Shown here piece by piece: positions 61,615 to 64,000 of a DNA stretch of 64,000 bases (position 1 is the stretch's first letter; every line of letters begins with the position of its first letter). The position numbers were made by a program, and so were the translations under genes. The stretch spans positions 32,571 to 96,570 of the forward strand of contig SCTX01000040.1 in assembly GCA_004298385.1 (NCBI GenBank). The letters run 5' to 3'. This DNA comes from Betaproteobacteria bacterium (GTDB taxonomy: Bacteria > Pseudomonadota > Gammaproteobacteria > Burkholderiales > SG8-39). The notes beneath the pieces were generated by a model that saw nothing but the letters and a program-made list of their open reading frames with translations, was not told the origin of the DNA and made no database searches.

Positions 61615-62554
61615 AGAAGCGGAAGTCATAGCGAACGAAAGCCGGACTATCGACCCACGCGCCCCCGCGCAGCACGCGCCGGCCACACTCCCCGCTCGAG
61701 CGGTCGCCATCATCGGCGGGCGCGCCTGTGGACTCTTCGTTCAAGCAATCTTCGGTCCATTCCCAGGCATTGCCCAACATGTCGTACAGACCGAACGCGT
61801 TGGGCCGGTAGCTGCCGACCGGTGCCGTGTAGGCGTGCTTATCGTTGCATTCGTGGAATGTCCAGCTAGCAGTACCGGGGACATCGCGCTTCGCGGCCGC
61901 ATCGGCCACGTTGGCGTAACGGCAGGCAGCGCCCGGATTGTCGTCCCAGGGCCGGGACGTCGGATTGCCCGCGCGCGCGGCGTATTCCCACTCCATCTCG
62001 GTAGGCAGGCGATAGCGTTTGCCCGTTTTCTTCGTCAGCCACTCGGTGTAAGCCTTGGCATCATTCCAGTTGACGCAGACCACCGGCTCCTTATCCGTTT
62101 GCGCAAAGCCCGGATTGCGCCAGTCCTTGGACGCATCCTGCTGGTACCCGCCGCCGTTCCAGGCAAAGCAGCCGCCGCTTGGCGTATGGCCGCTTTCCCG
62201 CGCGAAACGCGCGAACTGCGCCCTGGTCACTTCGTATTTGCCCACGCCGATCGCGCTCGGTATCGCCACCGACTGCTGCGACTCTCCGCGATCCATGCGT
62301 CCCGCCTCGTTTTCGGACGAGCCCACGCTCAAGTTCCCCGGCGGGATCACCACTACCTCCGGGCAAGCGGCGCAGTCGCGAAACACCGTCCCCGCCGCGA
62401 GGCGCTGCAAATTGTGCTGCCGCGTCTGCACCGTCGCCGGCGCGACCCCGGGATTGCGTTGCTGCGCGAGTAGATGCGAACTGCCCAGTGCCAGCAGTAG
62501 TGCGGCAAGTATCCAGTGGAGAATGCCGGAAAACAGGGTGGCCTCCCTGACCAC
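61556..62554 (-). CDS. Secreted formylglycine-generating-enzyme-family (SUMF1/FGE-sulfatase domain) protein
   Basis: Signal 'ILHWILAALLLALGSSHLLAQQ'; 'YRLPTEMEWEYAARAG', 'RVLRGGAWVDSP'. Confidence 0.8.
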   Translation of the reverse strand: MVREATLFSGILHWILAALLLALGSSHLLAQQRNPGVAPATVQTRQHNLQRLAAGTVFRDCAACPEVVVIPPGNLSVGSSENEAGRMDRGESQQSVAIPSAIGVGKYEVTRAQFARFARESGHTPSGGCFAWNGGGYQQDASKDWRNPGFAQTDKEPVVCVNWNDAKAYTEWLTKKTGKRYRLPTEMEWEYAARAGNPTSRPWDDNPGAACRYANVADAAAKRDVPGTASWTFHECNDKHAYTAPVGSYRPNAFGLYDMLGNAWEWTEDCLNEESTGAPADDGDRSSGECGRRVLRGGAWVDSPAFVRYDFRFFIGSDDRDFYIGFRVARTD

Positions 62555-62765
62555 GTTTGTTATGCCGTCATGTTGGCATTATTGGGGCGGCGGTTCAAGA
62601 AGTTTGGCGCGATGGTTTTCCGCGAAGCAAAAAGAATCCCCGGAAAAGCGGTGAAACAGCATGAATCGGGCCCCCGCCGCGGAGGTCGAAGATGGGGAGT
62701 AGCGCGGCATTCTCTTGCCGACGCCCGCTCGCGCGATGCCCCGTCCGCGCGCAATGGACGATCTT

Positions 62766-62797
62766 TAAAGAACCCGTTTTCCTCATTCTGAAACGGG
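62766..62797 (-). terminator. Weak stem-loop terminator after the hydrolase gene
   Basis: Minus strand: cccgttt-N11-aaacggg followed by ttcttt. Confidence 0.3.
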
Positions 62798-62800
62798 CTC

Positions 62801-63589
62801 TTATCTTGCAGCGCGGTCGAGGAATTCGCCCAGCGTCTGGTTGAACGCGTCCGGCTGCTCCAGGTTGGATAGATGCGCGGCGGAGGGAATGATCACCAAC
62901 TTCGAGCCCGGCAGCGCCTGGTGGATTTCCTCGGCCATTGCCACCGGCGTGCCGGGATCGTCCTTGCCGACGATGACCACGGCCGGACAGCGGATTTCCT
63001 TCAAGCGCGCGGTCAGATCGATTTTCGGGATGGCGTGGCTGCAGCCGATATAGCCCGCCGCGGGCGTGGTCCGGATCGTGGCCGCCACTTTCTCCATCAG
63101 TTCCGGGCGCGCTTTCCTGAACGGCTCGGTGAACCAGCGCTCAAGGGTAGGCGCGACCAGCGGCTCCATGCCCCGGATCTCGACGGTCTTGATGCGCTCG
63201 GCCCACAGGCCCGCGGCCTCGGCGGGATAGCGGCTGGTGGTGTCGCACAAAGCCAGGCTCTTGAACATGCCCGGGTACTTGAGCGCAAAAGTCTGGCCTA
63301 TCATCCCACCCATGGACAAGCCGACAAAATGGGTGGACTGCACGCCCAGCGCCCGTAGCAGGCAGTGCAGGTCGTCAGCCAGCAGATCCAGTGTATAGGC
63401 GCCGGCGGGCGCGCTGCTCTCGCCGTGGCCGCGGGTGTCGTAGCGCAGCACCTTGTAGCGCCTCGACAGGCGCTTCGCCTCCTCGTCCCACATGTGCAGA
63501 TCGCAGGCAAGGGAGTGGCTCAGAGTGAGCCATGGGCCTTTGCCCTCGAAGGCGTAATTGATACCGATGCCGTTGGCGCTGACTTTCAT
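62801..63589 (-). CDS. Alpha/beta hydrolase (3-oxoadipate enol-lactonase-like)
   Basis: 'HSLACDLHMWD', 'RYDTRGHGES', nucleophile elbow 'GLSMGG'. Confidence 0.75.
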   Translation of the reverse strand: MKVSANGIGINYAFEGKGPWLTLSHSLACDLHMWDEEAKRLSRRYKVLRYDTRGHGESSAPAGAYTLDLLADDLHCLLRALGVQSTHFVGLSMGGMIGQTFALKYPGMFKSLALCDTTSRYPAEAAGLWAERIKTVEIRGMEPLVAPTLERWFTEPFRKARPELMEKVAATIRTTPAAGYIGCSHAIPKIDLTARLKEIRCPAVVIVGKDDPGTPVAMAEEIHQALPGSKLVIIPSAAHLSNLEQPDAFNQTLGEFLDRAAR

Positions 63590-63624
63590 GTCGGTTCCCT
63601 GTGTCGTAGCCGGAGGTTAAGTTC

Positions 63625-64000
63625 TCAACCCCTCATCCGCGCGATGCGGATGACCTCGGCTATGTGGCGCAGACCGCGCATGATGCGCGCCAGGTGCAGG
63701 CGGTCGGTGACCTGTAGCGTGAACTGCATGCCGGTGTAGGCGCTGTGGTCCTCGTCCATGCTGACATTGTCGATGTTGGAGCCCTGTTCCGCAATCGCCG
63801 CCGCCACCTTCGCCAGCACGCCGCGCTGGTTTACCACCGTCACGCGGATGCTGGCCACGAACGTGCGCCCGGCCTCCGGCGCCCATTCCACGTCGAGCCA
63901 TTTGTCCGGATCGGGGCGCAACCTGGCCACGGTCGGGCAGTCGTGAGTGTGAACCACCATACCCTGGCCCTTTTTTATGAAGCCGATGATGGCGTCGCCG
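63625..64000 (-). CDS. spoT: Bifunctional (p)ppGpp synthase/hydrolase, C-terminal ACT region (5' part outside window)
   Basis: 'DVEWAPEAGRTFVASIRVTVVNQRGVLAKVAAAIAEQGSNI..DRLHLARIMRGLRHIAEVIRIARMRG' parallels the SpoT C-terminus better than RelA (from memory). Confidence 0.7.
   Translation of the reverse strand, partial: GDAIIGFIKKGQGMVVHTHDCPTVARLRPDPDKWLDVEWAPEAGRTFVASIRVTVVNQRGVLAKVAAAIAEQGSNIDNVSMDEDHSAYTGMQFTLQVTDRLHLARIMRGLRHIAEVIRIARMRG

Overview
High-GC proteobacterial chromosome segment; it looks beta-proteobacterial, but the taxon cannot be set from sequence alone. Housekeeping genes sit at both ends: xerD (partial), folB and plsY at 1-1.8 kb, and an alpha/beta hydrolase plus spoT (partial) at 62.8-64 kb. 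Between them lies a ~58-kb Wzx/Wzy-type exopolysaccharide/capsule locus. Its parts are:
- Two priming transferases, one WecA-like and one WcaJ-like.
- Two paralogous export modules, each with a beta-barrel OMP, a short Wza-like OPX and a Sel1-repeat protein. Only the right-hand copy continues into a fused Wzc-type tyrosine kinase and a PHP-type (CpsB-like) phosphatase.
- A visibly AT-richer ~25-kb glycan cassette (15.3-40.3 kb). It carries Wzx, Wzy, about 7 glycosyltransferases, a UDP-sulfoquinovose synthase homologue, a GDP-mannose-3,5-epimerase-like enzyme and a complete GDP-heptose pathway with its own transaldolase. It also carries tailoring oxidoreductases, three methyltransferases and a PslG-like hydrolase.

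Two accessory islands rich in toxin-antitoxin genes interrupt the locus, at 6.1-13.3 kb and 41.7-48.5 kb. They contain tandem AAA_14/DUF4143 ATPases and several toxins that are frameshifted or truncated. Sugar-gene relics sit around them: wcaI-like x3, wcaJ-like, an rfbG fragment, a frameshifted rfbH and a truncated GT2.

The most unusual element is at 57.9-61.6 kb. A secreted FecR-domain protein carries a ~460-codon Ala/Gln/Thr/Ser periodic repeat, five perfect PVVAP codon repeats and a Cys-containing tail. The next gene encodes a Wzy_C (O-antigen-ligase/PglL-like) membrane protein.

A modular palindromic (REP-like) repeat family occurs in at least three long copies. No rRNA, tRNA, CRISPR array, transposase or integron integrase was recognised. 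All family assignments come from motif recognition by eye. Start codons and frameshift calls need computational and read-level confirmation.
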